A DNA stretch of 64,000 bases from Bacillota bacterium (GCA_016874655.1 VGTO01000001.1:2777-66776); one strand, 5' to 3'. Counted from the stretch's first letter, positions 29,386-38,705 are shown. The notes: generated from the letters alone by a model not told the origin. Translations and numbers: made by a program.

Positions 29386-29883
29386 GTGAAATGCCCATTC
29401 TGCGGTGAAGCCGAAACCCGGGTTCTTGATTCAAGAGCTACTCAGGATGCTACCACCATCAGACGCAGGCGCCAATGCACCGCCTGTGCCAATCGTTTTA
29501 CTACCATGGAAAAAATGGAAGAAGAGCCGCTGGTGGTTATCAAGCGGAATGGTCGCCGGGAACTGTTCGATTCGGCAAAAATTCTTAAAGGGCTGCTCTT
29601 AGCCGGGCAAAAACGCGACATTCCACTTTCTGTCTGGGAAGAGGTTGTTGAAAACTTAGAACAGGAGCTACGCAGTAACTATATGCGGGAGGTCACCACT
29701 GATCGCATCGGAGACGTCATTCTGGCCCGGCTACGTGAAATTGACGAAGTTGCTTACGTCAGGTTTGCCTCTGTATTCAGGCAGTTTCCTGACGTTGAAA
29801 CATTTAATGCCGAACTGGAAACAATGCTCACAGAAAAGAAGAAACTTACCCGGCCTTTGGCCGAGCGTGGTTTGCCTGAATAG
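29386..29883 (+). CDS. nrdR: transcriptional repressor NrdR
   Basis: ORF track 29368..29883 trimmed to GTG at 29386 (VKCPFCGEAETRVLDSR... zinc ribbon + ATP-cone); AGGAGGG RBS 6 nt upstream. Confidence 0.9.
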   Translation: MKCPFCGEAETRVLDSRATQDATTIRRRRQCTACANRFTTMEKMEEEPLVVIKRNGRRELFDSAKILKGLLLAGQKRDIPLSVWEEVVENLEQELRSNYMREVTTDRIGDVILARLREIDEVAYVRFASVFRQFPDVETFNAELETMLTEKKKLTRPLAERGLPE

Positions 29884-29918
29884 ACTTTTATTGCGATTAT
29901 TCTGGAGGGGTAAGCTAA

Positions 29919-32900
29919 TTGAAAAACGACATAACTGCAACTGAAACCGTAAAGGGGCAGCTGACCGGCATTTCATTTAAAGAGATCCGCAAACGCGACG
30001 GTCGGGTGGTGCCTTTTGATGCTGTAAAGATCACTGAAGCGATCTTTAAAGCAGCTACCGCAGTAGGTGGTAGCGATCGCGGCATTGCCGAAAACCTGAC
30101 GAATCAGGTGATAAAAAGCCTGCAACAGAAGGCTCACAACGCCATTATTCCCAGCGTCGAAGAGGTTCAGGACGAAGTGGAAGTGACGCTGATTGAAAAC
30201 GGACATGCCCGTACTGCTAAAGCCTATATTCTTTACCGTGATCGCCGGACACGCATCCGTGATGGCAAATCGGAACTGATGGATGTGGTAAAAGACATCC
30301 TGGTTGAAACCAGCCGGGAAAATGCCAACATCAGCAATTCCCCCTCGGCCAAAATGCTGCAGATTGCTTCGGCGGCCAGTAAGCAGTATTACTTAAGTAA
30401 TTTAATACCGGAAGAATATGCCCAGGCTCATGAGGATGGAGCGATGCATATTCATGATCTAGATTATTACAGTAAAACCTTAAACTGCCTGCAGATCGAC
30501 CTGACCAAACTGCTACAGCAAGGTTTTAATACCGGTTACGGTTACATCCGCCCCCCGAAACGGATCGGGTCAGCCGCTGCCCAGGCCGCTATCATTCTGC
30601 AAAGCAACCAGAACGATATGTTCGGTGGGCAAAGCTTCCCCCATTTTGACCGCAGCATAGGCGAGGTAATCCGCAGCTTTAAAACCACCCCCGGCTATGA
30701 AGAAATCTACCAGGCTATGGAAGGATTGATTTATAATCTAAATACCATGCATTCTTTGAGTGGTTACGAACGGATTTGGGTTTATGATAAGATAACCGAA
30801 GAACTTTTTGCAATTACAATGGCTGATTTTGATCATAAGTTTGAATCCGATAGATATCAAGCATTAAGCATCAATTATTCTACCGGTAAAACTGAACTTA
30901 AAGATATTACGGCTTCTTTTAAGCATAAGAATGCAAACAAACTTTACACAGTGAAACTCCAGTCGGGACAAAAGGTGACTGTTACCGATAACCATTCTCT
31001 GATGACTCTCGATGAATCGGGAAGCATTACTACTGCACCGCCTGCCTGGCTGAAAAGGGCGCTTGTTCCTCGGGAGCTACATTTAGAAAGAAAAGATATA
31101 ACTTTTGATTTAAGCACCTATCCCAGTTCCAGGAAATACCAGTTTGATAAACTTGAACTAACTCCCATCCTGGCAAAATTAATGGGTTATTACTTAGCTG
31201 AAGGGACTGCGGATGGATCAACTCTTCTGTTAGCTCTTTTTGATCGAAAGCTTGAAAGCGATGTTGAAACTATACTTAAGCAGATTCATCCTGATTTTAC
31301 AGTCAGGCTGCGCACTAGGGAAGGGAAACCCCGTGACATCGCCTGTAATGTCGGGCGGCAGTTCACAACTTTTATGGCTGATAAGTGTGGTCGGGGTGCA
31401 GTCAATAAGAAGGTTCCATCAGAGATGTTCTTTGCAACTTCTTCAGTGATTAGAGCTTTTCTAGACGGTTATCTTTCAGGAGATGCAACAGTAGGTTCAA
31501 ATCGCATCGTAGCGGGGACAGTTTCTCCTTCATTAAGAGAAGGGCTTCAGTTGCTCTTTTATAAAATGGGGATTCCTGTTTCTATTAGAGAAGAGATGCC
31601 GCAAACTCAGTTTGCGACTGCCAATGAGAAATGCATGATCTCAGCGGGTGGTTATTACTGCGATAAGCTTTCATTAAGCTCAGATAAAGCAGATAAACTC
31701 ATCAGTTTATCTGCCGTTGAAACTGAGCAGACCGCCTATGATTATGAATTTCTTAGGCCTTCGATTAAAGAAGTGTATGGTATAAAATGTAAAAATACTT
31801 ATAATTATCGCTTAAGGCCTCAATATTTAGATGAACTAGTAGAAGACCTTGCTAAAAGGATCCTTTCGGAACATGAATTGACCACTCTTAGTGAGTTGTC
31901 AACTGAAAACTTTTGGTTTAACCGGCTAGAAGAGATTTTGCCTGCGATCAAGACATCTGAAAGGTTTCAACTTATCAGAAAACTGAAAGCGAAAGCGCTG
32001 CCGCGATTTTGCTCTTATTTGCCAACATACTTTGCTTACAAGGATATACTTAAAAGGTTTTATCTTCCAGAGACTGTTAAAGAAACAACTGGCAGCAGGA
32101 TTTCTAATAAATGTAAAAGCCCTCAATTGATTATTTGTTGGGCGAAGATGATTTTGAAGCAAAACGTAAAAATGATCGAATTAATGGACACAATTAAACG
32201 TGCCAGACGTTTGTGGCCGATTAGAATTAGGGAACTGGCTGAAGAAAATTTTGAACCATATGTGTTTGATATTTCTGTTGCAGATAACGATAATTTCCTA
32301 ACTGCATCAGGCATTTTTGTTCATAACTCAAGGGCGGGTGCTCAGGTTCCTTTCAGTTCACTAAACTTTGGCACCGAGACAACAGAAGAGGGGCGCATGG
32401 TCAGCAAGGCGGTGCTGGAGGCTTTCCGCCGCGGCCTGGGACGGGGCGAGACGCCGATCTTTCCCAATCTCGTTTTCCGGATCAAGAAAGGCGTCAACTT
32501 TAATCCCGGTGATCCCAACTATGATCTTTATCGTCTGGCCCTCCAGGTAGCCGCCCGCCGGATGAACCCGACATTTAGCTTTATGGATAGCAGCTTTAAC
32601 AAGGACTACGGTGACGAGGTTTCTTACATGGGATGCCGGACACGGGTTATTGCCAACCGTCATGGCGCAGCGGTTTCAGCCGGCAGAGGCAATATCGCCC
32701 CGGTTACCCTCAACCTACCGCGCATTGCCCTTGAGAGTAAAGGTCAGCAGGAGTTATTTTTTGTTCAGCTGGATCGGGTATTACGTATTGCTACCCACCA
32801 GCTGTTGCACCGTTTTGAGGTGCTGGCCAGGCTCCAGGCCCGAGATCTTCCTTTCCTGATGGGACAAAAGCTATATCTCGGCTCTGATGAAATCGGCCCT

Positions 32901-33590
32901 GATGATACTATACGCGAGGTGATCAAGCACGGCACTTTGGCTATTGGTTTTATCGGTCTGGCCGAAACTTTGCAGATGCTGATTGGTAAACATCATGGCG
33001 AAGATCAGGAGGCCTTGAAGCTGGGGTTGCAAATCATTGAGCACATGCGGCGACGGACCGACAGCTACGCTGAAGAATACGATTTAAACATTGTGCTGGT
33101 GGCCACGCCCGCCGAAGGTTTAGCCGGAAGGTTTGTGAAGATTGACCGGGAACGTTTCGGCACAATCCCGGGGGTAACGGATAAAGATTACTACAGCAAC
33201 TCTTTCCACATCCCGGTTTATTACGCAACGTCGATGTTTGAAAAAATTGCAAGCGAGGGGCAGTTCCACCATCTCTGCAATGCCGGGCATATCAGCTATA
33301 CAGAGCTTGAAGCGCCGCCGGCCAACAATATTGATGCCGTCGACAGTATTGTCCGCAAAATGGCTGCTTCCGATTTTGGCTACGGCGGGATCAACTTTCC
33401 AATTGATGAATGCCGCAACTGCTCGCACAACGGGGTTTTCAGCGGGGATTGTCCGGAATGCGGAAGCCCGAATATCAGGAGGATCCGCAGGATAACTGGC
33501 TATCTTTCTACCGATGAACGTTTTAACGAAGCCAAATTCAGTGAGCTCAAAGATCGCCGGGTCCATTACAAACCCGATAATCGCCGGTGA
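29919..33590 (+). CDS. nrdD: anaerobic ribonucleoside-triphosphate reductase NrdD (class III) interrupted by a 525-aa intein; mature enzyme ~698 aa
   Basis: N-terminal ATP-cone; the conserved class III motif NLNTMH|SRAGAQVPFSSLNFG is split by the insertion; C-terminal Zn-ribbon (CRNCSHNG...CPECGSP) and glycyl-radical motif (RRITGYL); TTG start with GGAGGGG RBS. Confidence 0.9.
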   Translation: MKNDITATETVKGQLTGISFKEIRKRDGRVVPFDAVKITEAIFKAATAVGGSDRGIAENLTNQVIKSLQQKAHNAIIPSVEEVQDEVEVTLIENGHARTAKAYILYRDRRTRIRDGKSELMDVVKDILVETSRENANISNSPSAKMLQIASAASKQYYLSNLIPEEYAQAHEDGAMHIHDLDYYSKTLNCLQIDLTKLLQQGFNTGYGYIRPPKRIGSAAAQAAIILQSNQNDMFGGQSFPHFDRSIGEVIRSFKTTPGYEEIYQAMEGLIYNLNTMHSLSGYERIWVYDKITEELFAITMADFDHKFESDRYQALSINYSTGKTELKDITASFKHKNANKLYTVKLQSGQKVTVTDNHSLMTLDESGSITTAPPAWLKRALVPRELHLERKDITFDLSTYPSSRKYQFDKLELTPILAKLMGYYLAEGTADGSTLLLALFDRKLESDVETILKQIHPDFTVRLRTREGKPRDIACNVGRQFTTFMADKCGRGAVNKKVPSEMFFATSSVIRAFLDGYLSGDATVGSNRIVAGTVSPSLREGLQLLFYKMGIPVSIREEMPQTQFATANEKCMISAGGYYCDKLSLSSDKADKLISLSAVETEQTAYDYEFLRPSIKEVYGIKCKNTYNYRLRPQYLDELVEDLAKRILSEHELTTLSELSTENFWFNRLEEILPAIKTSERFQLIRKLKAKALPRFCSYLPTYFAYKDILKRFYLPETVKETTGSRISNKCKSPQLIICWAKMILKQNVKMIELMDTIKRARRLWPIRIRELAEENFEPYVFDISVADNDNFLTASGIFVHNSRAGAQVPFSSLNFGTETTEEGRMVSKAVLEAFRRGLGRGETPIFPNLVFRIKKGVNFNPGDPNYDLYRLALQVAARRMNPTFSFMDSSFNKDYGDEVSYMGCRTRVIANRHGAAVSAGRGNIAPVTLNLPRIALESKGQQELFFVQLDRVLRIATHQLLHRFEVLARLQARDLPFLMGQKLYLGSDEIGPDDTIREVIKHGTLAIGFIGLAETLQMLIGKHHGEDQEALKLGLQIIEHMRRRTDSYAEEYDLNIVLVATPAEGLAGRFVKIDRERFGTIPGVTDKDYYSNSFHIPVYYATSMFEKIASEGQFHHLCNAGHISYTELEAPPANNIDAVDSIVRKMAASDFGYGGINFPIDECRNCSHNGVFSGDCPECGSPNIRRIRRITGYLSTDERFNEAKFSELKDRRVHYKPDNRR
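30753..32327 (+). mobile_element. intein with LAGLIDADG homing endonuclease domain inserted in nrdD (Ser1 ... His-Asn | Ser+1)
   Basis: Boundaries come from hand translation: ...NLNTMH-[SLSGYERIW...ASGIFVHN]-SRAGAQ... Block A SLSGYERIWVYD, block B VTVTDNHSLMT (TxxH), two LAGLIDADG motifs (LAKLMGYYLAEGTADG; IRAFLDGYLSGDATVGS), block F VFDISVADNDNFLTASG, block G IFVHN/S. The intein DNA is markedly AT-rich compared with the flanking nrdD sequence. Confidence 0.85.
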
Positions 33591-34102
33591 TGCTACAGCT
33601 GGCCGGATTTAAAGAAGAGAGTATTGTTGACGGACCGGGGATCAGGGCTACTGTCTATTTTCAGGGTTGCCCGCACCATTGCCCGGGCTGTCACAACCCT
33701 GAAACACACGATCCGCAGGGCGGCTTAAGGATTCCTTTAGAAGAGCTGGTGGGAATGATCAACAAAAACCACGGTATTACCGGGGTAACTTTTTCCGGTG
33801 GAGAGCCCTTTCTACAGGCTTCGGCCGCCGCGGTGCTTGCCAGCCAGGTAAGTTCACTCGGTTTAAACCTGGTTGTTTACAGCGGTTATACATATGAAAA
33901 GCTGCGAGCTGCAGGCCAATTGGATTCATCAATCAGGCAGCTGCTCGAAGCAGCCTGGCTGCTGATTGACGGACCTTACCTGAAGAACAAACAGGATCTA
34001 AACCTTCCTTACCGGGGTTCACGCAATCAGCGCATCATTGACCTCAAAAAGACCCTGAGCGAGGGTATCGTGACTAAGTGGGCAGGTTCCGGCGATGGGT
34101 AG
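33587..34102 (+). CDS. nrdG: anaerobic ribonucleotide reductase activating protein NrdG (radical SAM)
   Basis: 171 aa; CPHHCPGCHNPETH (CxxxCxxC cluster motif); overlaps the nrdD stop by 4 nt. Confidence 0.85.
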   Translation: MMLQLAGFKEESIVDGPGIRATVYFQGCPHHCPGCHNPETHDPQGGLRIPLEELVGMINKNHGITGVTFSGGEPFLQASAAAVLASQVSSLGLNLVVYSGYTYEKLRAAGQLDSSIRQLLEAAWLLIDGPYLKNKQDLNLPYRGSRNQRIIDLKKTLSEGIVTKWAGSGDG

Positions 34103-34937
34103 GGGCAATAAATCTTTTTCGCTGATTAAATGCGGCAGCCAGGCTTACCTGCAGTCTGATCTATTTAAAGCAAGTGGCCTTGTAGAACATGCCTTCTCAA
34201 CCCGTTCTGGCGGTTGCAGCAGCGGTAATCTGGCATCACTTAACATGGCCTTCCATACGGAGGACAGCGTCGATAATGTTCTCGAGAACAGGCGCCGCTT
34301 TTTTAACCTTTTTAAGGCCGATTACCGGCAGATTGTCTCAGCGATCCAGGTGCATGGCACGGAGATTGCTGTTTTTGACAAAAACCACAAAGGTGAGGGA
34401 GCACTGCCCCACAGCGCAACAAGAAGCTGCGACGCTTTAGTTACCACTGAGCCGGGTTTGATCCTCTCCGCCTATGCCGCAGATTGTCAGCTCCTTTATT
34501 TCTGCGCACTGGACAGGCCACTTGTAGCGCTTGCGCATGCCGGAAAACAGGGAGCGTTAGGCCGTATTGGACCACAGGTGGTAAACTATCTCCAGGAACA
34601 ATTCCAGGTAAAACCGGACCGTTTGTTGGTTGCGATGAGTCCTGCGGTTTGTTGGTGCTGTTATCAGGTAGGTAGCGGGGACGCTGCTGCATTCCGGCTG
34701 GCAGGCTGGAATGGGCAGCCCTACCTGGAACCTGCAGCGGAAGACAAATTTAATCTTGATCTTGTAGCGATTAACTTAGATCAGCTACTGACGGCCGGTG
34801 TCAATCATGATAATATTGCCATAAGTGAATTATGCACTTCCTGTAACCCCGATCTATTCTACTCTTACCGGCGTGATCGAGGTATAACAGGAAGAATGAT
34901 CGGTTTTATAGTCCTGAAAAGCGAAGTTACGGGGTAG
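34095..34937 (+). CDS. pgeF: peptidoglycan editing factor PgeF / YlmD (DUF152, laccase-domain protein)
   Basis: 280 aa; YfiH/YlmD family features; conserved position downstream of ftsZ in Firmicutes. Confidence 0.75.
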   Translation: MGRGNKSFSLIKCGSQAYLQSDLFKASGLVEHAFSTRSGGCSSGNLASLNMAFHTEDSVDNVLENRRRFFNLFKADYRQIVSAIQVHGTEIAVFDKNHKGEGALPHSATRSCDALVTTEPGLILSAYAADCQLLYFCALDRPLVALAHAGKQGALGRIGPQVVNYLQEQFQVKPDRLLVAMSPAVCWCCYQVGSGDAAAFRLAGWNGQPYLEPAAEDKFNLDLVAINLDQLLTAGVNHDNIAISELCTSCNPDLFYSYRRDRGITGRMIGFIVLKSEVTG

Positions 34938-34942
34938 GGGCA

Positions 34943-36076
34943 ATGGAAAATAAGCGTCTGAGAAAGGCGAAACAGCGTTTTGAAGTACTGCCCGGAGAAG
35001 GCAAGCGCTTTAGCTTCAGAAACATCAGGCAGGCGGCGGTTTTTTACATCCTGTTACTGCTGGCGTTGGTCATTTTGGTACAGCTTGGCTATCACTGGCT
35101 CGGAGAGCAGTTCCAATCCTGGCGTCTGGGGGTTATTGAAGCTGAACCGGGTCAGATGCTGCAGCAGGCTGAAATAAGGGGGATCGTCACCCGCGATGAA
35201 AAGGTAATCGCATCACCTGTCGATGGCTTTATTCTTCAACTCGCAGCTGTCGGAGAACGCGTTCCCGTCGGCTTCGAACTGGCCAGAATCGGCCAGCTAA
35301 CCACAGCGGAAATGCAAATGCTGCTCGATTCCGCAGAGCCCGGCCCGGGTAAAGAGCTGTGGGTTAGGATTCAGCAATACTGGCAAGAAGTTTTCCCGGA
35401 TGCGGGGCCAGAATTAGCGGAATCAGGAGAAAGTGGACCCTTATTTACAACCTTTATCACTATCGATAGCCCGGAAGCAGGTTTTGTCTCCTATTACCTC
35501 GATTCCTGGGAGGACCACACCCAACCTTACTATTTCAACGAAACAGAATCAGATCTGCAGATTCCAACTGGCACCTATACGATGGAAGGTGACCTTGTAC
35601 AGCGTGGACAGCCGATTTTAAAAATAGTTGATAACTGGCAGTGGTATTTTAGCGCCGTTGTTCCATTCCATCCTGGCCGGATGATCGCTGTTTTGCCACA
35701 AGTGGAGTTAGCTTTTGAGTTTGCCCCGGAAGAACCGGTGCAGGCCACATTAATTAGCCATGAGATTGACGAAACAGCACAAGAGGTACGTCTCACTTAT
35801 CAAATCAACAGGCAGTTACCGGGTTTTGACCTGGTGCGTCTGACTAGTGCTACTTTGCTCTACGAGCAGAAGAGCGGTATAATTGTGCCTGAAGCAGCTG
35901 TTTTTAAAAAAGAGAATCTTACCGGCGTGTATCTGAACCAGAGCGGTCGGGTGATATTTGTCGAGATAACTGTTGTAGAAAAGCAGGATGATCAAGTGAT
36001 GGTTGAAGGCCTGCAACCCGGTAGCCTGATTATAACCCGCCCCGATCTGGTTACCGAAGGTCAACGCCTGAACTGA
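34943..36076 (+). CDS. HlyD-family-like membrane protein (N-terminal cytoplasmic tail, one TM, biotin-lipoyl-like and beta-barrel domains)
   Basis: 377 aa; TM segment AAVFYILLLLALVILVQLGYHWL; C-terminus ...GVYLNQSGRVIFVEITVVEKQDDQVMVEGLQPGSLIITRPDLVTEGQRL resembles the C-terminal barrel of membrane-fusion/HlyD proteins. The call is weak. Confidence 0.45.
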   Translation: MENKRLRKAKQRFEVLPGEGKRFSFRNIRQAAVFYILLLLALVILVQLGYHWLGEQFQSWRLGVIEAEPGQMLQQAEIRGIVTRDEKVIASPVDGFILQLAAVGERVPVGFELARIGQLTTAEMQMLLDSAEPGPGKELWVRIQQYWQEVFPDAGPELAESGESGPLFTTFITIDSPEAGFVSYYLDSWEDHTQPYYFNETESDLQIPTGTYTMEGDLVQRGQPILKIVDNWQWYFSAVVPFHPGRMIAVLPQVELAFEFAPEEPVQATLISHEIDETAQEVRLTYQINRQLPGFDLVRLTSATLLYEQKSGIIVPEAAVFKKENLTGVYLNQSGRVIFVEITVVEKQDDQVMVEGLQPGSLIITRPDLVTEGQRLN

Positions 36077-36104
36077 TTATTTAATTCACTTTAGGAGTAA
36101 TCTA

Positions 36105-36773
36105 TTGAGTCAGTTGGAAAAAAGATATGCTGAAGTTAAAGCAGAAATCGCGGCTGTTGCAAAAACTGCCGGCCGTGATCCACGTGAAATTAAAGTAGTA
36201 GCGGTCACAAAAACTGTTGGCATCGAAGAAGTGCGTCAGGCCCTGGCACTCGGCATTGATGATTTCGGGGAAAACCGGGTCCAGGACGCCGCACCGAAAA
36301 TTGCGGCTTTGCCTAAGGCCCACTGGCATTTCATCGGACACCTGCAATCAAACAAGGTAAAGGATGTATTACCATTTTACACTTTGATCCACTCCCTTGA
36401 TCGCCATACTCTGGCTGCTACTATGCAAAATACTGCCGAGAGTCTTGATATCATGGTAGATGCCCTAGTGCAGGTGAATGTCTCTGGTGAAGAGAGCAAA
36501 TTTGGCCTGGACCCTTCTGCACTGGCGGACTTCCTGGTTTACCTGAACGGCTTAGAGCGCATTAGAATCTGCGGCCTGATGACGATGGCTCCTTTTGTTG
36601 ATGATCCTGAATCAGTAAGATTCGTATTCCGCCGTCTGCGAGAGTTGCGTGATCTTTACGCTACTTCCGGTAACGGGTTTAATGAACTATCAATGGGGAT
36701 GACCAATGACTACAAGGTAGCGATTGAGGAAGGGGCAACCATCGTCAGGATCGGTAGTGCCCTCTTTTCTTAA
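36105..36773 (+). CDS. ylmE: PLP homeostasis protein YggS/YlmE family
   Basis: 222 aa; alanine-racemase-fold single-domain PLP protein (KTVGIEEV...HFIGHLQSNK). Confidence 0.85.
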   Translation: MSQLEKRYAEVKAEIAAVAKTAGRDPREIKVVAVTKTVGIEEVRQALALGIDDFGENRVQDAAPKIAALPKAHWHFIGHLQSNKVKDVLPFYTLIHSLDRHTLAATMQNTAESLDIMVDALVQVNVSGEESKFGLDPSALADFLVYLNGLERIRICGLMTMAPFVDDPESVRFVFRRLRELRDLYATSGNGFNELSMGMTNDYKVAIEEGATIVRIGSALFS

Positions 36774-36795
36774 AACTAAATTTAACAGATAGCAG

Positions 36796-37092
36796 GTGAT
36801 GATGATCAGATTAGTAGCAGATGGTTTGTTGTTTTTCTTACAGATTTATAACATTGTTATTTTGGCACGGATTATCTTGTCCTGGTTTATGGTTGGTGGC
36901 GCCGGTAGTAATCAGTCAGTGGCGGCTATATACCAGGTGGTGTACGGCCTTACCGAGCCCTTGCTTGCACCGATCAGAAATATAATCCCACCAATTAAAA
37001 TGGGCATGGCTTATTTAGATCTGTCGCCTTTTATTTTGCTGGTCCTGATCAGTCTGGTCCGGCAACTGGTGTTTCGCTATATCTATTTTTAA
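36796..37092 (+). CDS. ylmG: YggT/YlmG family membrane protein
   Basis: 98 aa, two TM segments; canonical position after ylmE. Confidence 0.7.
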   Translation: MMMIRLVADGLLFFLQIYNIVILARIILSWFMVGGAGSNQSVAAIYQVVYGLTEPLLAPIRNIIPPIKMGMAYLDLSPFILLVLISLVRQLVFRYIYF

Positions 37093-37097
37093 AGAGC

Positions 37098-37880
37098 TTG
37101 GGAGCGCTGCACTTGATCACAACATCGCCTCTATCTGAGGCCGAAAAACAGTGGCTGCAAAATTTTGAGCGAAAGCTGGAAACTCTCATTGGCAATCGCA
37201 CTCTGACCACAGCTTTCCTGGATCCGCGTCAGCTTGAACTGGCTGAAGTGGCACTCAGGCGTGAAAATGATTTAGGATATACTGTTTTTGGCGGTTACCC
37301 TGAAGCTGAGCGAAACCTGCTCTATATTTTCCCCGCCCAGTATCAGGAGAATCTGCCGGATCTGGAAGCAATCCAGGTTAGCTGGAAGGGACCGGTTGGG
37401 CAAATCGGGCATCGTGACCTGCTTGGTGCGGTGCTGGCACTTGGTTTAAAACGCGATCAGATTGGCGATATAATAGTAACAGATGAACAAAAGGCTGTAG
37501 TGATCGTTGCTGCTGCCCAGGCCGCTTACATTAGTGTTAACCTGACAGAGGTAGGGCAGGTAAAGGTTGCATGTGCTATCACAGATATCAGCAGCCTGCC
37601 ATTGCCGGAAGATGATGGCCGTGATATTAAGGGGACTGTACCCAGCTTGCGACTGGATGCCGTTGCCTCATTAGGGTTTGGTCTTTCACGGTCACGGGTG
37701 GTTCTGCTCATCAAGGGAGGTTTGGCCCGGGTTAACTGGCGACCGGTAAACTCTCCGGCGCTACAGTTGAAAGAGGGTGATCAGGTTTCCATAAGAGGTA
37801 AGGGCCGATTGCTGTTAACTGCTGTTGAAGGTGAAACCCGCAAGGGCAGAATACACCTTAAACTGAAACGATATAGTTAG
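37098..37880 (+). CDS. ylmH: S4-domain RNA-binding protein YlmH; start may be the TTG at 37113, which has a GGGAG RBS
   Basis: 260 aa; C-terminal S4 domain (LRLDAVASLGFGLSRSRVVLLIKGGLARVN); precedes divIVA as in Bacillus. Confidence 0.7.
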   Translation: MGALHLITTSPLSEAEKQWLQNFERKLETLIGNRTLTTAFLDPRQLELAEVALRRENDLGYTVFGGYPEAERNLLYIFPAQYQENLPDLEAIQVSWKGPVGQIGHRDLLGAVLALGLKRDQIGDIIVTDEQKAVVIVAAAQAAYISVNLTEVGQVKVACAITDISSLPLPEDDGRDIKGTVPSLRLDAVASLGFGLSRSRVVLLIKGGLARVNWRPVNSPALQLKEGDQVSIRGKGRLLLTAVEGETRKGRIHLKLKRYS

Positions 37881-38010
37881 CAGAAAGATTGGTTCATAGT
37901 CAGCAATCAAAATCAGTAGACTGTTTTGTTTTACTTAATGTTGTTCGATTTGTCAGGAGCTGCTTCGTAAGGCATCTTTGTTAAACTATTGATCAAGGGG
38001 GAGATCAGGG

Positions 38011-38655
38011 ATGACCATCACACCGCTCGATATCCAGGACAAGGAGTTTGAAAGGGCCTTCAGGGGTTACGATATTGAAGATGTAGACGAGTTTTTGGAT
38101 CGGATTGCCAAGGATCTTGAGCAGATGATCAGGGAGAACAGCGATTACAAGGAACAGATCGAGCTGCTGCAGGAGAAAAATAAAACATACCATAAAATGG
38201 AAGAAGCTATGCACAATGCAATTGTTGTAGCCCAGGAAACAGCCGAAGAAGTAAAGCGGAGTGCTAAGCGTGAGGCTGAACTGATTAAAAAGGATGCCGA
38301 GAGGGAAGCAAAGCAGATCCTTGAAGAAGCGCGCACACGGGCTGGCCGGGTCCTTGGTGAACACGAAGAGTTGCTTAAGCGAGCCCGGGTTTTTAAAATG
38401 CGCTTTAAGGCTTTTCTGGAAACCCAGCTTGCAAATCTCGACAGCGATGAATGGATGACCGAGCAGCTTAAAGGACAGGGTTTGGCAAGCACAACGAGGC
38501 AGCAGGTGACCACAGAGCCTGAACCTAAACCGCCTGCTCCTGAACCGACAAAAGATACGGTCGATGAAAACGTTATCAAAGGAGACAATCCACCTACCCG
38601 TCCGCGACTGGAGCTAGCTCCCAACCGGGAACCGGAATCTGATCAACAAGATTAG
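38011..38655 (+). CDS. divIVA: cell division protein DivIVA
   Basis: 214 aa; N-terminal MTITPLDIQDKEFERAFRGYDIEDVDEFLD DivIVA lipid-binding domain then coiled-coil. Confidence 0.85.
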   Translation: MTITPLDIQDKEFERAFRGYDIEDVDEFLDRIAKDLEQMIRENSDYKEQIELLQEKNKTYHKMEEAMHNAIVVAQETAEEVKRSAKREAELIKKDAEREAKQILEEARTRAGRVLGEHEELLKRARVFKMRFKAFLETQLANLDSDEWMTEQLKGQGLASTTRQQVTTEPEPKPPAPEPTKDTVDENVIKGDNPPTRPRLELAPNREPESDQQD

Positions 38656-38677
38656 GTGTGTGCTTTCGCAGGCTTGT

Positions 38678-38705
38678 TGCAATTATAGACTGGTCATGCT
38701 AAAAT
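38678..38705 (+). promoter_or_regulatory. putative sigma-A promoter of the ileS leader (-35 TTGCAA, 17-nt spacer, -10 TAAAAT)
   Basis: Hexamers at 38678-38683 and 38700-38705. Confidence 0.45.
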
